From an uncultured Chloroflexia bacterium (GTDB lineage Bacteria; Chloroflexota; Chloroflexia; QHBQ01; JADMIH01), in NCBI GenBank assembly GCA_963797095.1, contig CAWCNY010000007.1:96001-160000 (forward strand): 64,000 bases of DNA. The letters are read 5' to 3'. The notes beneath the pieces were generated by a model. That model worked only from the letters and a program-made list of their open reading frames with translations. It had not been told where the DNA came from and ran no database searches. The position numbers and the translations under genes are program-made. Shown here one piece after another: positions 9,773 through 20,025 of the stretch; within the stretch, counting starts at the first letter, position 1, and each line of letters starts with the position of its first letter.

Positions 9773-9988
9773 TCAAGGCACGGGATCGTGTCCGCCCTTG
9801 TTCCACGGGTTGCAGCGCATAACACGCCAGATTGCCATTCCGCCACCCTTGATAACACCGTACTTTTCTATCGCCTCGTAACCATAGTGCGAACAGGTGG
9901 GGTAGAAGCGGCAGGTGTCGGGAGGCAGCATCTTGGCCAGGGTATTCTGGTACCCGCGAATCATCCAGAGTACAGGTTTCCTTAGCAA
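9773..9988 (-). CDS. yidD: Membrane protein insertion efficiency factor YidD
   Basis: CRFYPTCSHY..EAIEKYG..G...RVMRCNPW.GG.DP; TTG start inferred. Confidence 0.95.
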   Translation of the reverse strand: MLRKPVLWMIRGYQNTLAKMLPPDTCRFYPTCSHYGYEAIEKYGVIKGGGMAIWRVMRCNPWNKGGHDPVP

Positions 9989-10101
9989 TGCTTTTCCCCG
10001 AGTAATTAGTAACAATGAGTTATGAATGAGTGCTGGTAGTTGTCCCCCATCGGCAACTACTATATTATACGTGATCCGGCCATCTCTGTTGCACCTGATC
10101 A

Positions 10102-10491
10102 TCATTGCTGAGGCACAGCCCCTTCTTTTCCCCGCCCATCGTCGCGAAGCGGCGGCAGATCCCGCGTCGCCACTATGCGACTACGCTGCAAGAGATGATC
10201 CACCGCCTCGAGCACATCCCAGAAATTCGCCTCAACTATGGGTGCTTTCGCTATCCAGACGAGGTCCCAACCCGGCGTTACATGAGGTAGCCTGAGGCGT
10301 AGTGCCTCGCGAACAAGCCTCCTGGCCCGGTTGCGCGCTACAGCTTTGCCGATCTTCTTGCCGGTGATGAACCCACAGCGTACTACGCCCTCACTATTGG
10401 GGGCGGCGTTTAGCACCAGCAAGCCCGAACCCCACTTGCGCCCTGCTTTTCGTACTCGCTCGAACTGTGCGCTCTTCCGCAGCCGTTCCAT
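10102..10491 (-). CDS. rnpA: Ribonuclease P protein component
   Basis: ERLRKSAQF, KKIGKAVARNRARR; synteny. Confidence 0.95.
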   Translation of the reverse strand: MERLRKSAQFERVRKAGRKWGSGLLVLNAAPNSEGVVRCGFITGKKIGKAVARNRARRLVREALRLRLPHVTPGWDLVWIAKAPIVEANFWDVLEAVDHLLQRSRIVATRDLPPLRDDGRGKEGAVPQQ

Positions 10492-10545
10492 TGGAAAAGA
10501 CGACTGGCGAAAGACGAACGCTATTTCATACTGCGTACTGCTTGT

Positions 10546-10586
10546 CTCGCCACTCGTCACTCGTCACTCGTCACTCGCCACTCGTC
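10546..10586. repeat. Heptamer array (CTCG[C/T]CA) x ~6 between rpmH and rnpA
   Basis: Directly visible. Confidence 0.9.
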
Positions 10587-10599
10587 GCTTTCATCGTTC

Positions 10600-10761
10600 C
10601 TAGCGTACGCCTTTGCGCTCGTCGCTGACAGATAAGGCCCACCGGCCCTTGGCGCGGCGCATAGAGATCACTCTTCTGCCGCCCTTTGTGCGCATCCGCG
10701 CCAGGAAACCATGCTCGCGTTTGCGAGGGATGCGCTTCGGTTGGTACGTTCTTTTGACCAT
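10600..10761 (-). CDS. rpmH: 50S ribosomal protein L34 (absent from ORF track)
   Basis: [62 protein letters not shown]. Confidence 0.97.
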   Translation of the reverse strand: MVKRTYQPKRIPRKREHGFLARMRTKGGRRVISMRRAKGRWALSVSDERKGVR

Positions 10762-10891
10762 TTTTGCTCAGTCTCTCCTCGTATTTTGGAGCCGTACATT
10801 CGGACGGCACAATACCCCAGTTTACAGAATATACAGGCCATTATACGTGATGCCCGCGCACGATGTCAACCGCGCGCAAGACCCGGCAAGA

Positions 10892-11034
10892 CCCTGTCAG
10901 GGGCGCAGGGGTCCTCCCCTGACAGGGGGTTTGGGGGGTGTCCCCCAACTCTTCCCCACTATTTATTCCCCCCTTTCCCCGCAAAGCGGGGTGCCGACGA
11001 AGGAGGCGGGGGCCGGGGGTGAGGGGTCTTTGCA
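10892..11034 (+). repeat. ~140-bp multi-hairpin MITE/REP-like element, copy 1
   Basis: Shares GGGGTGCCGACGAAGGAGGCG(G)nCCGGGGGTGAGGGG and GGGGGGTGTCCCCC with the inverted copy at 36817-36958. Confidence 0.85.
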
Positions 11035-11125
11035 TGCATCCGCCTAAGAATCCTAGCAAGAAACCTACCCTTGATAGCCTCATCTCGGCTGGGTGAGGGG
11101 TCTATCCCCCGAGAAAGGCCAGCCC

Positions 11126-11818
11126 TCACAGCCCGGCTTCTGAACTGACCTTAGGGCGCGCCAGGTACGCCTGGTAAGCAGCAATCACCAGCAGCAGGTA
11201 CGAGAATCCCAGCGCATAGCCCCCCAGCGCATCGGATGCCCAGTGCTGCCCCATATAAACACGCGATGGACCGACCAGCACGATCATCAACCCACACACA
11301 ACCATCACCCCTCGTTGCGCCAAAGAGTGCCTGGGCAATTGTGTATAGGCCAGATAGAAAATAAACCCGAACAGCACAGTATAACCCGTCACGTGCCCGC
11401 TCGGAAAAGAATAAGTCCCCAGCGGCGCATAAATATGTGCTAAATCGGGAGTTGGGCGCGGGCGGTCCACCAGGTTCTTCACCACTTCAGCCAATATCCC
11501 CCCAGCCGACGCTATCACCGTAAAAATAGCCTGCATAAACCAACGCATGCCCACCATAAAGAGAATAATCAGGCTGGACATGAACAAGTTCCAGGGCCAG
11601 AACCCCGGCAAGCTCACAGCCACCAGCACATCGCCCACCGGCACAGCCGGAAACTCCTGCACCTCATGAGTGATACTGAGATCCCAGGGCGTGGGCTGTA
11701 AGTCCGCGCGCAACACGAGAGCGGTCAATAGCGTAAATATAAGCGCGAGTGTGGCAGCCACCACGAGCAGTATATGTCCGCGCAACAGGGCGATAATGCG
11801 TGCCATGATTTGCTCCAT
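11126..11818 (-). CDS. PAP2-family phosphatase (undecaprenyl-PP phosphatase-like)
   Basis: K..VDRPRP, SFPSGH, SRVYMGQHWASD. Confidence 0.93.
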   Translation of the reverse strand: MEQIMARIIALLRGHILLVVAATLALIFTLLTALVLRADLQPTPWDLSITHEVQEFPAVPVGDVLVAVSLPGFWPWNLFMSSLIILFMVGMRWFMQAIFTVIASAGGILAEVVKNLVDRPRPTPDLAHIYAPLGTYSFPSGHVTGYTVLFGFIFYLAYTQLPRHSLAQRGVMVVCGLMIVLVGPSRVYMGQHWASDALGGYALGFSYLLLVIAAYQAYLARPKVSSEAGL

Positions 11819-11987
11819 TTTCGCATATACCTATTGACAATGCTAAGGGCATGTGCTAGAGTACGCGAAAGCACGGCACGCCACAAGAGGCCGAGCATTT
11901 ATGCTTGTTCCTGAGTAACCAAACTTTCCGCCCATTCCAATATTGAGCCGACGGGCCGCATACGGCCCGTGGAAAGGAGACCGGATA

Positions 11988-12965
11988 ATGTCGTACAACC
12001 CCGAATCAGGTGGTAGCACAGAACCGACCGGGGGCAACGAAACCCGAAACATGGGTGATGCCGGGCAACCGGGCGCGCCAGACGGGCAGCCAACCCAGCC
12101 CGCAGGCGGCATGCCCACAATGCCCACAGGTGGCTATACCCCACCACCTCCCCCCCCACCGCCACCTTCCGGCGGCTATACCCCACCCCCCGGTGGAGCT
12201 GGCGGCTACACACCTCCGCCCCCACCTCCTGGCGGCTATGGCTACGGCGCGCCTCCACCTCCCCCAACCCCTCCACCGGGCGGGGGCATCAATATGGCCG
12301 ACATCAGCAAGGTTGACTACCAGAACCTCATGCAAAAGTACATCAATGTCCTGACCAAGCCCAATGTGGCGGTGTACGATGCGGAGATTCCACAAGCCAA
12401 CTGGATGACAGTCCTGATAGGCGTCGTTGCGGTAACAGTGGTTACCCTCATATTCCGCCTCATTTCCGCCCTGGTGTTCGCCGGAGCAGTAAACTCCTCG
12501 TTCTCCCAGCTTCAGAGCCAGTTGAATCAGCAGGGCAGCAACGTAGACCTATCCTTCATGAATAACCTTAGTGGCGCAAGCGTCGCAACCGCCTTCGGAT
12601 CGATCATCAGCGTGCCCCTCGCCTTCTTCCTGGGCGCGGGCCTTCTCTTCCTGATGGGCAGGCTCTTCGGTGGCACAGGCAGCAACTTCATGACGCACAG
12701 CTACCTCCTCTCCCTCAGTTGGACCCCCACCCGCATCATCGCGGCGGTGCTCTCCATCATTCCCTTTGTGAGCATCCTGGGCAGCCTCCTCTTCCTCTAC
12801 CAGATCTACCACGCGGGCCTCGCCCTACAGTCATCGCAAAGAATGACCTCGGGGAGAGCACAACTGGCGGCTTGGTTGCCCCTTCTCGTCGGCATATTGC
12901 TCTTCTGCTTGATCATCGTGCTATGCTTCGGCATAATCCTCGCCGCGATCAACGGAAACAGCTAA
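11988..12965 (+). CDS. Yip1-like multi-pass membrane protein with Pro/Gly-rich N-terminus
   Basis: AAGGAG RBS, GGYTPPPP repeats, about 5 TM helices. Confidence 0.8.
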   Translation: MSYNPESGGSTEPTGGNETRNMGDAGQPGAPDGQPTQPAGGMPTMPTGGYTPPPPPPPPPSGGYTPPPGGAGGYTPPPPPPGGYGYGAPPPPPTPPPGGGINMADISKVDYQNLMQKYINVLTKPNVAVYDAEIPQANWMTVLIGVVAVTVVTLIFRLISALVFAGAVNSSFSQLQSQLNQQGSNVDLSFMNNLSGASVATAFGSIISVPLAFFLGAGLLFLMGRLFGGTGSNFMTHSYLLSLSWTPTRIIAAVLSIIPFVSILGSLLFLYQIYHAGLALQSSQRMTSGRAQLAAWLPLLVGILLFCLIIVLCFGIILAAINGNS

Positions 12966-13013
12966 TCACACCTACACCTAACTAACCGAAAACAAACGCA
13001 GAACCTGTTACTA

Positions 13014-13058
13014 AAGAAGCCGGAAACGGCGGCCAAGGCCGCCATTTCCGGCTTCTTT
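13014..13058 (+). terminator. Intrinsic terminator
   Basis: AAGAAGCCGGAAAcGGCGGCC-AA-GGCCGCCaTTTCCGGCTTCTTT. Confidence 0.85.
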
Positions 13059-13077
13059 GTGTGCTCTCTCCAAAACA

Positions 13078-13128
13078 TGGGGATGGGTTGGGGTTGGGAT
13101 TGGGATTGGGGTTGGGGTTGGGATTGGG
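13078..13128 (+). repeat. TTGGG(G/A) hexamer array, G-quadruplex-capable
   Basis: Nine tracts of 3 or more G with 2-3 nt loops. Confidence 0.85.
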
Positions 13129-13424
13129 CCTTCGGGCATTCCCGAACGCATAACTATCCTAACTTTGTCGTGCTCGGCCCTTAAAAACTGCGTACAAACC
13201 CACGATCACCACCACTACAAGCAGCAAGTGCCAGGGCGCACGACCGCCCCACCCCAGAACAAGACCAACCAGGTATATCAATCCTAGCCCAACCACCAGG
13301 CCCCATACCAGGCGCTCATCCTTCATCAAGGGCGATTATAGCACGGACGACGGGCGAAAGACGAAGGACGATAGTTCCTGATCACTCGCCACTCGTCACT
13401 CGCCACTCATCGTCCATCGTCGCC

Positions 13425-13601
13425 TTACACCGCTCTCCGTCCGGTGAGCAAGTTATAGATAATCACTATGATCGCTACTACCAGCAACAGGTGCAGCAGC
13501 CATCCGGCTGCGCCTGCCGCCCAACCAAGTAGAATGCCGATCAACCAGATCACAACCAGAATTACCGCTATTGTCCAAAGAATACTGACTAAACTACCCA
13601 T
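13425..13601 (-). CDS. Small membrane protein (lmo0937/DUF5670-like)
   Basis: LWTIAVILVVIWLIG..G.LLHLLLVVAIIVIIYNLLTGRR; AAGGAG RBS. Confidence 0.85.
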   Translation of the reverse strand: MGSLVSILWTIAVILVVIWLIGILLGWAAGAAGWLLHLLLVVAIIVIIYNLLTGRRAV

Positions 13602-13688
13602 TGTGGATGTCCTCCTTATTCCTTCCAATATTCTACTTCCGCCAGGATGTATGTAAGAACAATTGCAAAAACCGTGCCAATGGATAGT

Positions 13689-13738
13689 CCAAAACCTGTC
13701 CCGTTTTGGCAGAGCAAAGTCCCTTAGTTAATGAGGGG
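13689..13738 (+). repeat. Bipartite dispersed motif, copy 1 (CCAAAACCTGTCC..CCCTTAGTTAATGAGGG)
   Basis: Similar to 32681-32745 (-) and 50618-50681 (+). Confidence 0.6.
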
Positions 13739-14102
13739 GAGAATAAGCAACCCCAACGACACAAAGCAAGGAGGACAAAATGGAGAAAATGGAATTAGCG
13801 GCGCTCACCCCAGGCAGGAGATCATACCGGGCGTTATCGTTCAACCTGAGCCAGCACAAAACGGCACCCTCGATACCGAAATCGCGATCCTGCGCGGCGC
13901 GCTTCGCCAAATGGCCGACTGCATAGAAAACACCGAGCACAAGGGCAACATCCCCATGTACATAGGCATCCTGGCGCGCGTGGCCAACTCCCGCGTGCGC
14001 GCCCTCCTGGCAGCCCACAAACTCGACAAACCGAACAAAGACCAAACGCAAATCCAGATCAAAACCATCTTCAAAGCCCTCGGCTGGGACGACCAACCCT
14101 AG
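13731..14102 (+). CDS. Phage-like small helical protein (possible terminase small subunit), probably frameshifted
   Basis: LDTEIAILR motif, upstream of terminase; the strong AGGAGG+ATG at 13780 is out of frame with the main ORF. Confidence 0.5.
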   Translation: MRGRISNPNDTKQGGQNGENGISGAHPRQEIIPGVIVQPEPAQNGTLDTEIAILRGALRQMADCIENTEHKGNIPMYIGILARVANSRVRALLAAHKLDKPNKDQTQIQIKTIFKALGWDDQP

Positions 14103-14189
14103 CCACCTGTATGAGGGCGCACACAAGGCCTATTCACCCCTCCAACCAAACCGCCCAAACATACACAAAAGTAACGCAAGGAAGAACCG

Positions 14190-14432
14190 ATGAACCGAGA
14201 ACGCATACTAATCAACAAAAATGCCGCAATCCACACAAACAAAGACACCCGCCGCCCCAACGAAGACGAACCCCTCGATGATCGCCCCAGATCCGTCTAC
14301 GAGATCGTGACCAGGCAAATGCTCCAGGACCTGCGCTCCGACCTCGACGAGATCAAAAGCAGGGTAAACACCCTCCTCTGGATCACCGCGGGCGCGGTAA
14401 TCCTCGATTTCATAACAAAACTCATCAAATAG
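14190..14432 (+). CDS. Small coiled-coil protein with C-terminal TM helix (phage-associated)
   Basis: LQDLRSDLDEIKSRVN followed by LLWITAGAVILDF. Confidence 0.65.
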   Translation: MNRERILINKNAAIHTNKDTRRPNEDEPLDDRPRSVYEIVTRQMLQDLRSDLDEIKSRVNTLLWITAGAVILDFITKLIK

Positions 14433-14446
14433 AAAGGACACCCCCT

Positions 14447-15658
14447 ATGGCCTCAATCACCAACCACCCCACCGGTGCCAACCCCCACGATCTGGGCCGC
14501 TTCTCCCGCCAGGTCTGGCCCCGCTACGCCCTCCGCCCCTACCAATCAGATGTAGCCCGCAGGATCCTCAACTCCATAGACGGCTATGCCGCCAAACAAA
14601 TAGCCATGGTATTCGCCCGCCAATCGGGCAAAGACGAGCTACTGGCCCAACTCTGCGCCTACCTCATGTGGCGCGCCCACATCAAAGGCGGCTCCATCAT
14701 CACCGTAAACCCCACCTACAGGCCCCAGGGCATGATCGGCAGGCGCAGGCTTCAGGAGCGCTTCCAACCCCTCCTCGTAGACGGCACACCCCCGCTTCTC
14801 ACCGAAGGCCCAACCCTCCGCCTCGGCAAAGCATCCACCGGCTTCCTCTCGGCCTACCCGCAGGCCCAGGCGCGGGGCGAAACCGCCTCCATCCTCATGA
14901 TCGCCAATGAGGCCCAGGACATCTCGCCCGCCCGCCGCGCCCACATGCGAGGCGACCACCCTCGCGCCCGCTCGGCCACCCCCGGCAAGCACTACGCCCT
15001 CCTCCTCGACGTAGCAGGAGCTGATGAGATTTCCGATTTCAGATTTCGAATTGCAGATTTTGACGATCCCGGCACAATCCAAAATCCAAGATCTAAAATC
15101 CAAAATCGCGACATGACCGCCCTCACCGTAGTGGAGGTAGACCTCTCCGGCCTCGATGATCCGCTCACCCTACGCCCCCGCTACCGCGTGGTCGCCCGCC
15201 GCCTCTGGGTGGGCACTCCCCACCCCCAACTCTACGCCGACCTCGCCGACCTCGCCGACCTCGCGCGTAACGTCTGGCAAGCCCGCTGGCGCGTCGTAGA
15301 TGCCACCGGCGTGGGCGCGGGTCTCGCGGGTTTCCTCCAGCAGGCTCTCCCCGGCAAGGTCGTCCCCTTCATCTTCACAGCCCACAGCAAATCCCAACTC
15401 GGTTGGGACTTCCTCGCTCTCGTAGAAAGCGGACGCTACAAAGAATATGTCGAAGACGACGAATCCGACACGGGCACCTTCTGGGCGCAAGTAGAGGTAT
15501 GCCGCTCCCAGGTCTCCGACGCCCCTGGCCGCCTTCTGCGCTGGGGCATAGAAGACCCCCACACCCACGACGACCTCCTGATAAACGCCCCCCTTTGCGC
15601 CCTCCTCGACCGCCTCGACCGCCTCGACTGGCGACCCCGCATAGCCCGAGGCCGGTAA
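14447..15658 (+). pseudogene. Terminase large subunit with internal deletion
   Basis: LRPYQ, Walker A ARQSGK, Walker B ANEAQD, then an abrupt jump to the nuclease domain (LDVAG, DMTALTV, VDATGVG, HDD). Confidence 0.8.
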
Positions 15659-15739
15659 CGTATCCTTGACACCACATACCGGCGTTACCTATAGTAAGCG
15701 AAGAATAGCGAAGCCTGCCGGAACAATAGGAGGCAGCAG

Positions 15740-16579
15740 GTGTTAACTCCCGATTATGATGCAGCGGTGAACAAGCACTACGGGCGCAATGACCTGATGG
15801 AAACTATCCTGGCAGGTTTGCGGGCCGCGGGCAAGGACCCCGACCACATCACCTACGAAGACCTCACGCCGGTCGATAACTTCCACACGCGCGGCAGAGA
15901 CTCCACGCGCGAGCTTGCCCGGCTTGCAGGCTTCAGCCCCGGCTTGAATGTGCTCGATATGGGAGGCGGGTTGGGCGGCCCCGCCCGCCTCCTTGCCGCC
16001 GAATGCGGTATCCATGTGACCGTGCTAGACCTCACCGAGGAATACTGCCGCGTAGGCCAACTGCTCACCGAGCGCGTCGGCCTCGCCGGCCTCGTCACCT
16101 TTCGTGTAGGCAACGCCCTCGACCTCCCCTTCCCCGGTGCCGCCTTCGACGCGGTGTGGACCCAGCATAGCTCCATGAACATCCCCGACAAAGAGCGCCT
16201 CTATTCCGAGGTCCATAGAGTGCTCAAGCCGCGCGGCAAGCTGGCTTTGCACGAGATCATGGGCACGAGCCTCGGACCTGTCCACTTCCCAGTGCCCTGG
16301 GCGGGTGTGCCCGAAATAAGTTTCGTGCGCCCCGCTGAAGAGATGCGTGCGCTCCTGGCAAGCTCAGGCTTCCGCGAAACCGCCTGGATCGACGTGTCCG
16401 GCCCCTCCCTAGACTTCTTTCACATGCTCAGCGAAACAACATCCCCTGGCTCAAGCGCACCAGGGCGAACCAATCTCTTCCTGGGAAACCAGGCAAATGC
16501 CGCCTTCATAAACCAGGCGCGTAACCTGGAAGAAGGTCTCACCGTCGTGATCATGGCCGCTTACGAAAGAGAGGACTAG
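15740..16579 (+). CDS. Class I SAM-dependent methyltransferase
   Basis: DNFHTRG, VLDMGGGLGGPAR, LPFP..FDAVW, RVLKPRG. Confidence 0.9.
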   Translation: MLTPDYDAAVNKHYGRNDLMETILAGLRAAGKDPDHITYEDLTPVDNFHTRGRDSTRELARLAGFSPGLNVLDMGGGLGGPARLLAAECGIHVTVLDLTEEYCRVGQLLTERVGLAGLVTFRVGNALDLPFPGAAFDAVWTQHSSMNIPDKERLYSEVHRVLKPRGKLALHEIMGTSLGPVHFPVPWAGVPEISFVRPAEEMRALLASSGFRETAWIDVSGPSLDFFHMLSETTSPGSSAPGRTNLFLGNQANAAFINQARNLEEGLTVVIMAAYERED

Positions 16580-18336
16580 CGCCCTTCCGCCACCTCAGGC
16601 GCAACCTCCGCCCCGGTGCCCTGCTCCCCACGCACCTCCATCAGCGCATCGCACAACTCATACTGCTCTGCCTTCGAGGCGGCCTCATACGCCTTCTTCC
16701 ACTCCTCCGCCCCCCGTTCAGGGTCCAGCCTCGCGGCATGGTACACCGCCTCCGCGATAGCAGCCTGGTTGCCCGCTTTATACCGCTTCCGGTAATAGGC
16801 TTCCATCGCCTCGTCCGCCTCCCGCACCAACTTATCGTCGTGCTCGTACAGCAGCCGTCTCAGCAGCCCGTGTATGCGGTACAAGCCCCGCCCCTCCCCC
16901 TGCTGTATCCGCGTCACAAACGAATACTCCGTCAATCTATTGAACCTCGGCATCTCCGCCTTGAAGTGCAGCTTCTCCCCTAGCCACTCATAAATCCCAT
17001 AGTCAAACACCCTGCAAACGCTCAGCGCCCTGATCGCATACTCCTCCGTCTCGTCCGTGTACCTCAACAGCTTGTGGATCAACGCCTGCTCCTTGCTGTC
17101 CAGCACAGGCGCTTCCCTGAAATCGCGCGCCCCCAACCTCTCCCCGCGCCCCTCGGCCAGCTTAACCACGTCGGCGCTCATGCCAAGCAGCAGTGGGTGC
17201 ACCTCCCCCTTCGCCGCGCTCGCATAGTGAATGATCGCCCCCCTCAACACACCATCCCCGATCCCTCTCTTGCTCAAATAATCGAGCGCATCCGCCCCCG
17301 AAAAGAGATTCACAGGCACCACATCCAGGTACTCAGGCGTGATCCTGTACTGGGGTGCTTCGGGCCACCGTAGCTGGTTCCGCCCCGCCAGCACCACCAC
17401 GATCCCCCTCTCCAGCGCGATCTTCCGCAACAGTCGCCGCAGCCACTCGTCCGCCTTGAACAGGTCGTATCCAGTCGAATGCCTCTCCTGGCTGTACAGC
17501 GTCTCCAGCGTATCGAAGAACAGCACGATCCGCGCAGGCGCATCCGCCCGCGCCATCATCTCGTTCAAATCCTCCGCGAATAGCGCGGGCAACTCATTGT
17601 ACAGTTGCTTCCCCGGCCCCGCGTCCAGCACCCCCAATCTCCTGGCGGTCGCCGCGTCCACCCCCCGCCCCTGCAAATAGAGTGTTATCCTCTCCTCGAT
17701 GCTAAGGTGCTTCCCAGCCACCCCCATCGCCTTCCGCACCACCTCGATCACATCCAGCACAGGCTTCACCACCGGGTTATCGGCAAACAACCCCACCAGC
17801 GTAGTAATAAACTCGATCTCCTCACTTGGGAAAAGCTGTTTGATCCTCTCAGGCTGGAACCTGTTGTTCTTCAGCAGATACAGCACGCCCGCGTAATCGA
17901 ACCTCGGGAAGCGCACCCCCTGACTCCCCAGCGCCCGCCGCAGCATGAATAGCGCCGAAAACAACTCCTTGGGATTGTCCTCCCCATGCGGTGGCGCATC
18001 GAAATCGAGGAATGAGGTCACGATCCGCCTGCGTCTATCCTCAGGCGCGCTCCTGAACAGCCTGATCAGCCTCTCGTAAGTCTCGTGCTCAATACTGACC
18101 TCACCCCGCGCCACCTCCGGCACAACCTTACAGAAAGTGCCATACAGCATATTGAGCAACTGCGTCTTCCCGTTCCCACCATCCCCAGGGAAATAGAGAA
18201 TGCGCTTCACAGGCGGCTCGGCATAAATATAAGCCAGGAACCTCCGGATCAACTGGGCGCGGTCGGTAAACCACTGCAAAGATTGCGTACCATCCGCAAC
18301 CCCATCCTCCCGCCCCAACTCATCCTCTATAGGCAT
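16576..18336 (-). CDS. STAND/AAA_16-like P-loop NTPase with short helical tail
   Basis: FTDR, GDGGNGKT, IVLFFDTLE, AGR, HPLLLG, YRIHGLLR. Confidence 0.8.
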   Translation of the reverse strand: MPIEDELGREDGVADGTQSLQWFTDRAQLIRRFLAYIYAEPPVKRILYFPGDGGNGKTQLLNMLYGTFCKVVPEVARGEVSIEHETYERLIRLFRSAPEDRRRRIVTSFLDFDAPPHGEDNPKELFSALFMLRRALGSQGVRFPRFDYAGVLYLLKNNRFQPERIKQLFPSEEIEFITTLVGLFADNPVVKPVLDVIEVVRKAMGVAGKHLSIEERITLYLQGRGVDAATARRLGVLDAGPGKQLYNELPALFAEDLNEMMARADAPARIVLFFDTLETLYSQERHSTGYDLFKADEWLRRLLRKIALERGIVVVLAGRNQLRWPEAPQYRITPEYLDVVPVNLFSGADALDYLSKRGIGDGVLRGAIIHYASAAKGEVHPLLLGMSADVVKLAEGRGERLGARDFREAPVLDSKEQALIHKLLRYTDETEEYAIRALSVCRVFDYGIYEWLGEKLHFKAEMPRFNRLTEYSFVTRIQQGEGRGLYRIHGLLRRLLYEHDDKLVREADEAMEAYYRKRYKAGNQAAIAEAVYHAARLDPERGAEEWKKAYEAASKAEQYELCDALMEVRGEQGTGAEVAPEVAEGR

Positions 18337-18419
18337 CGTACCGTCCTACCTCTCCCCATCCTCAAGAAACGCCCTCCCTGAGCCCAAACAAAACCCCGCC
18401 TAAGTATACCCAATACACC

Positions 18420-18629
18420 CCACCCGACGACACCCGCACCATCACCGAAATCCGCACCGACCTCCTAGCCTTCGCAGACCTCCCAGCCATCCAGCTACAG
18501 GACCTAGACGGCACCATCTACACAGTAAAAGTGACCGCCTACACAGAACAACTGCTAGAACCCTACAACTCAACCCACCCGGAAGGGGGCTGGCTAGCAA
18601 CCATAGAGCTATCCCAAACCGAAGAATAA
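18420..18629 (+). pseudogene. 5'-truncated remnant of a probable phage-module gene
   Basis: Startless frame DTRTITEIRTDLLAFADLPAIQLQDLDGTIYTVKVTAYTEQLLEPY..GGWLATIELSQTEE*, same C-rich codon style as neighbouring phage genes. Confidence 0.45.
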
Positions 18630-18664
18630 CCCAACCCAGAACCAAATCCCAGAAACAAGCAACT

Positions 18665-18725
18665 AGGAACCTGGAACCTGGAACCTGGAACTTCCGACTA
18701 TCGACTACCCACTACCCACTACCAA
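18665..18725. repeat. Composite heptamer arrays GGAACCT + CCGACTA
   Basis: Directly visible. Confidence 0.85.
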
Positions 18726-18741
18726 GAAAGGAGGTGATCCC

Positions 18742-19062
18742 ATGAACCCAGACGACCAAACTACACCGAACGACCGCGTAGCCGCTGCCGGAGCCCAGGC
18801 TGCACAGGCAATAGCACGCTAGCGCGACCTCGTAGCATCGTCCCCCGGCATAGTCGCAGGCATGGTACAGGGCAGCACCATCGAAGAGATAGACGCCTCG
18901 GCAGAACAAGCTCGCCACGCCTACGACGAAATCAGCCGCCAGGTAGCTCAATCCTACGAGCACACAATCCCAGCGGCCAACCCGGCCCGCTCCGCCCAAA
19001 CCCAAGGAGCCGAAACCCTCAAGCCCGAAGCCAAAATAGCCCTGGGCCTTCGTAAGTTCTAA
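18742..19062 (+). pseudogene. Putative capsid scaffold protein with in-frame TAG at 18820
   Basis: AAGGAGGTGA RBS; AIAR*RDLV..G.TIEEIDAS..IPAANPAR..LKPEAKIALGL; directly upstream of the capsid gene. Confidence 0.65.
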
Positions 19063-19193
19063 GTTTCTGGTTCCTGGTTCCTGGTTCCTGGTTGATCAAT
19101 ACCTAAACCAAAACAGGACACCAGCAACATCCACCTACCAGGAACCAAAACGGGAAATGTGGAACTTGGAACTTGGAACTTGGAACTTGGAAC
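19058..19193. repeat. Heptamer arrays TGGTTCC and GGAACTT at the IS boundary
   Basis: Directly visible. Confidence 0.85.
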
Positions 19194-20025
19194 AGTCGTT
19201 TCGCTCATTTTCATGGCGGTTTGACGGAACCAGTAACCAGCTTGGTATAGATGTCGGGTGAGGAGCCGGCCAAGTCCAAGATGCGGGTTTGTAAGTGGGA
19301 AAGTGGGGTTAGGTGGCGCAACACTGCTCCAGCATGATCAATAATTGTCAGCGTCAGCCCACGGAAGCTCTCCAGTATGCGCTCAGTGGTCGGGCGGCTC
19401 GTTGTGGCCTTGCGCTGTCCAGCATACAACCCCGCCAACTCTGTCCCCTCCTGCGCCAGGTGTCCGCGCACCACAAACTCCAGCAGCGCCAACACCCGCA
19501 CCCCCAGGCTCAACAGTCGCACCAACCCTCTGGCGTGGTCGTCACGCTGCGGATAGAAGGGGCTCAAACTCAGTGGCGCCCCCTTCAAGCTCAGTGGCGC
19601 CCCCTTCAAGCGGCCAAAGCTCTGCTCGATGCGGTACTCTTCCCGATAGCACAGCACCGCCGCTTCCAGTGACAACTCCTGTGCCCCTCGGTTGGTTGCG
19701 TACACTCGCCAGCCCAAACCGGCACTTGTTCGCCCAAGCGCCTCCTCATCCACTCCCACATTGATGCTGAAGTCCCATTCTCTCTCGACACGCGGTTCTC
19801 TCCCTTTGTAGGTGCGCACTTGCCGCTGCTGCCACTGCTCCGTCAGTTGCACGTCCAACAAGCCGACTACGCGGTAATGCTCCAGGACCGCACCCGTCAC
19901 CTGTTCAAGGGCCGCCTTGTCGGCTGGCCTCTTTTTGCCGCGTCGCCGCCCGTTCAGTGCCATAAGCTCCGCCTGTGCCGCCGCAAGCCGCTTGCGCAAC
20001 CCTTGCAGAGCGTTTTTGGCAGCAC
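19194..20025 (-). mobile_element. IS1634-family-like transposase, 3' fragment
   Basis: GWRVYATN..LSLE.AVL.YREEY.IE..FGRLK, LYAG..R.T.RPTTERIL..F, LS.LQ.RIL.L; N-terminal half missing; 21-bp tandem duplication 19569-19610. Confidence 0.8.

Noticed and set aside
10762-11125. oriC/dnaA upstream of rpmH
   Set aside because: No dnaA ORF, DnaA-box cluster or AT-rich unwinding element; the region holds a MITE-like repeat
19917-20025. ORF-track N-terminus of the capsid, and the transposase start at 20068
   Set aside because: Chimeric readings across the IS/capsid junction
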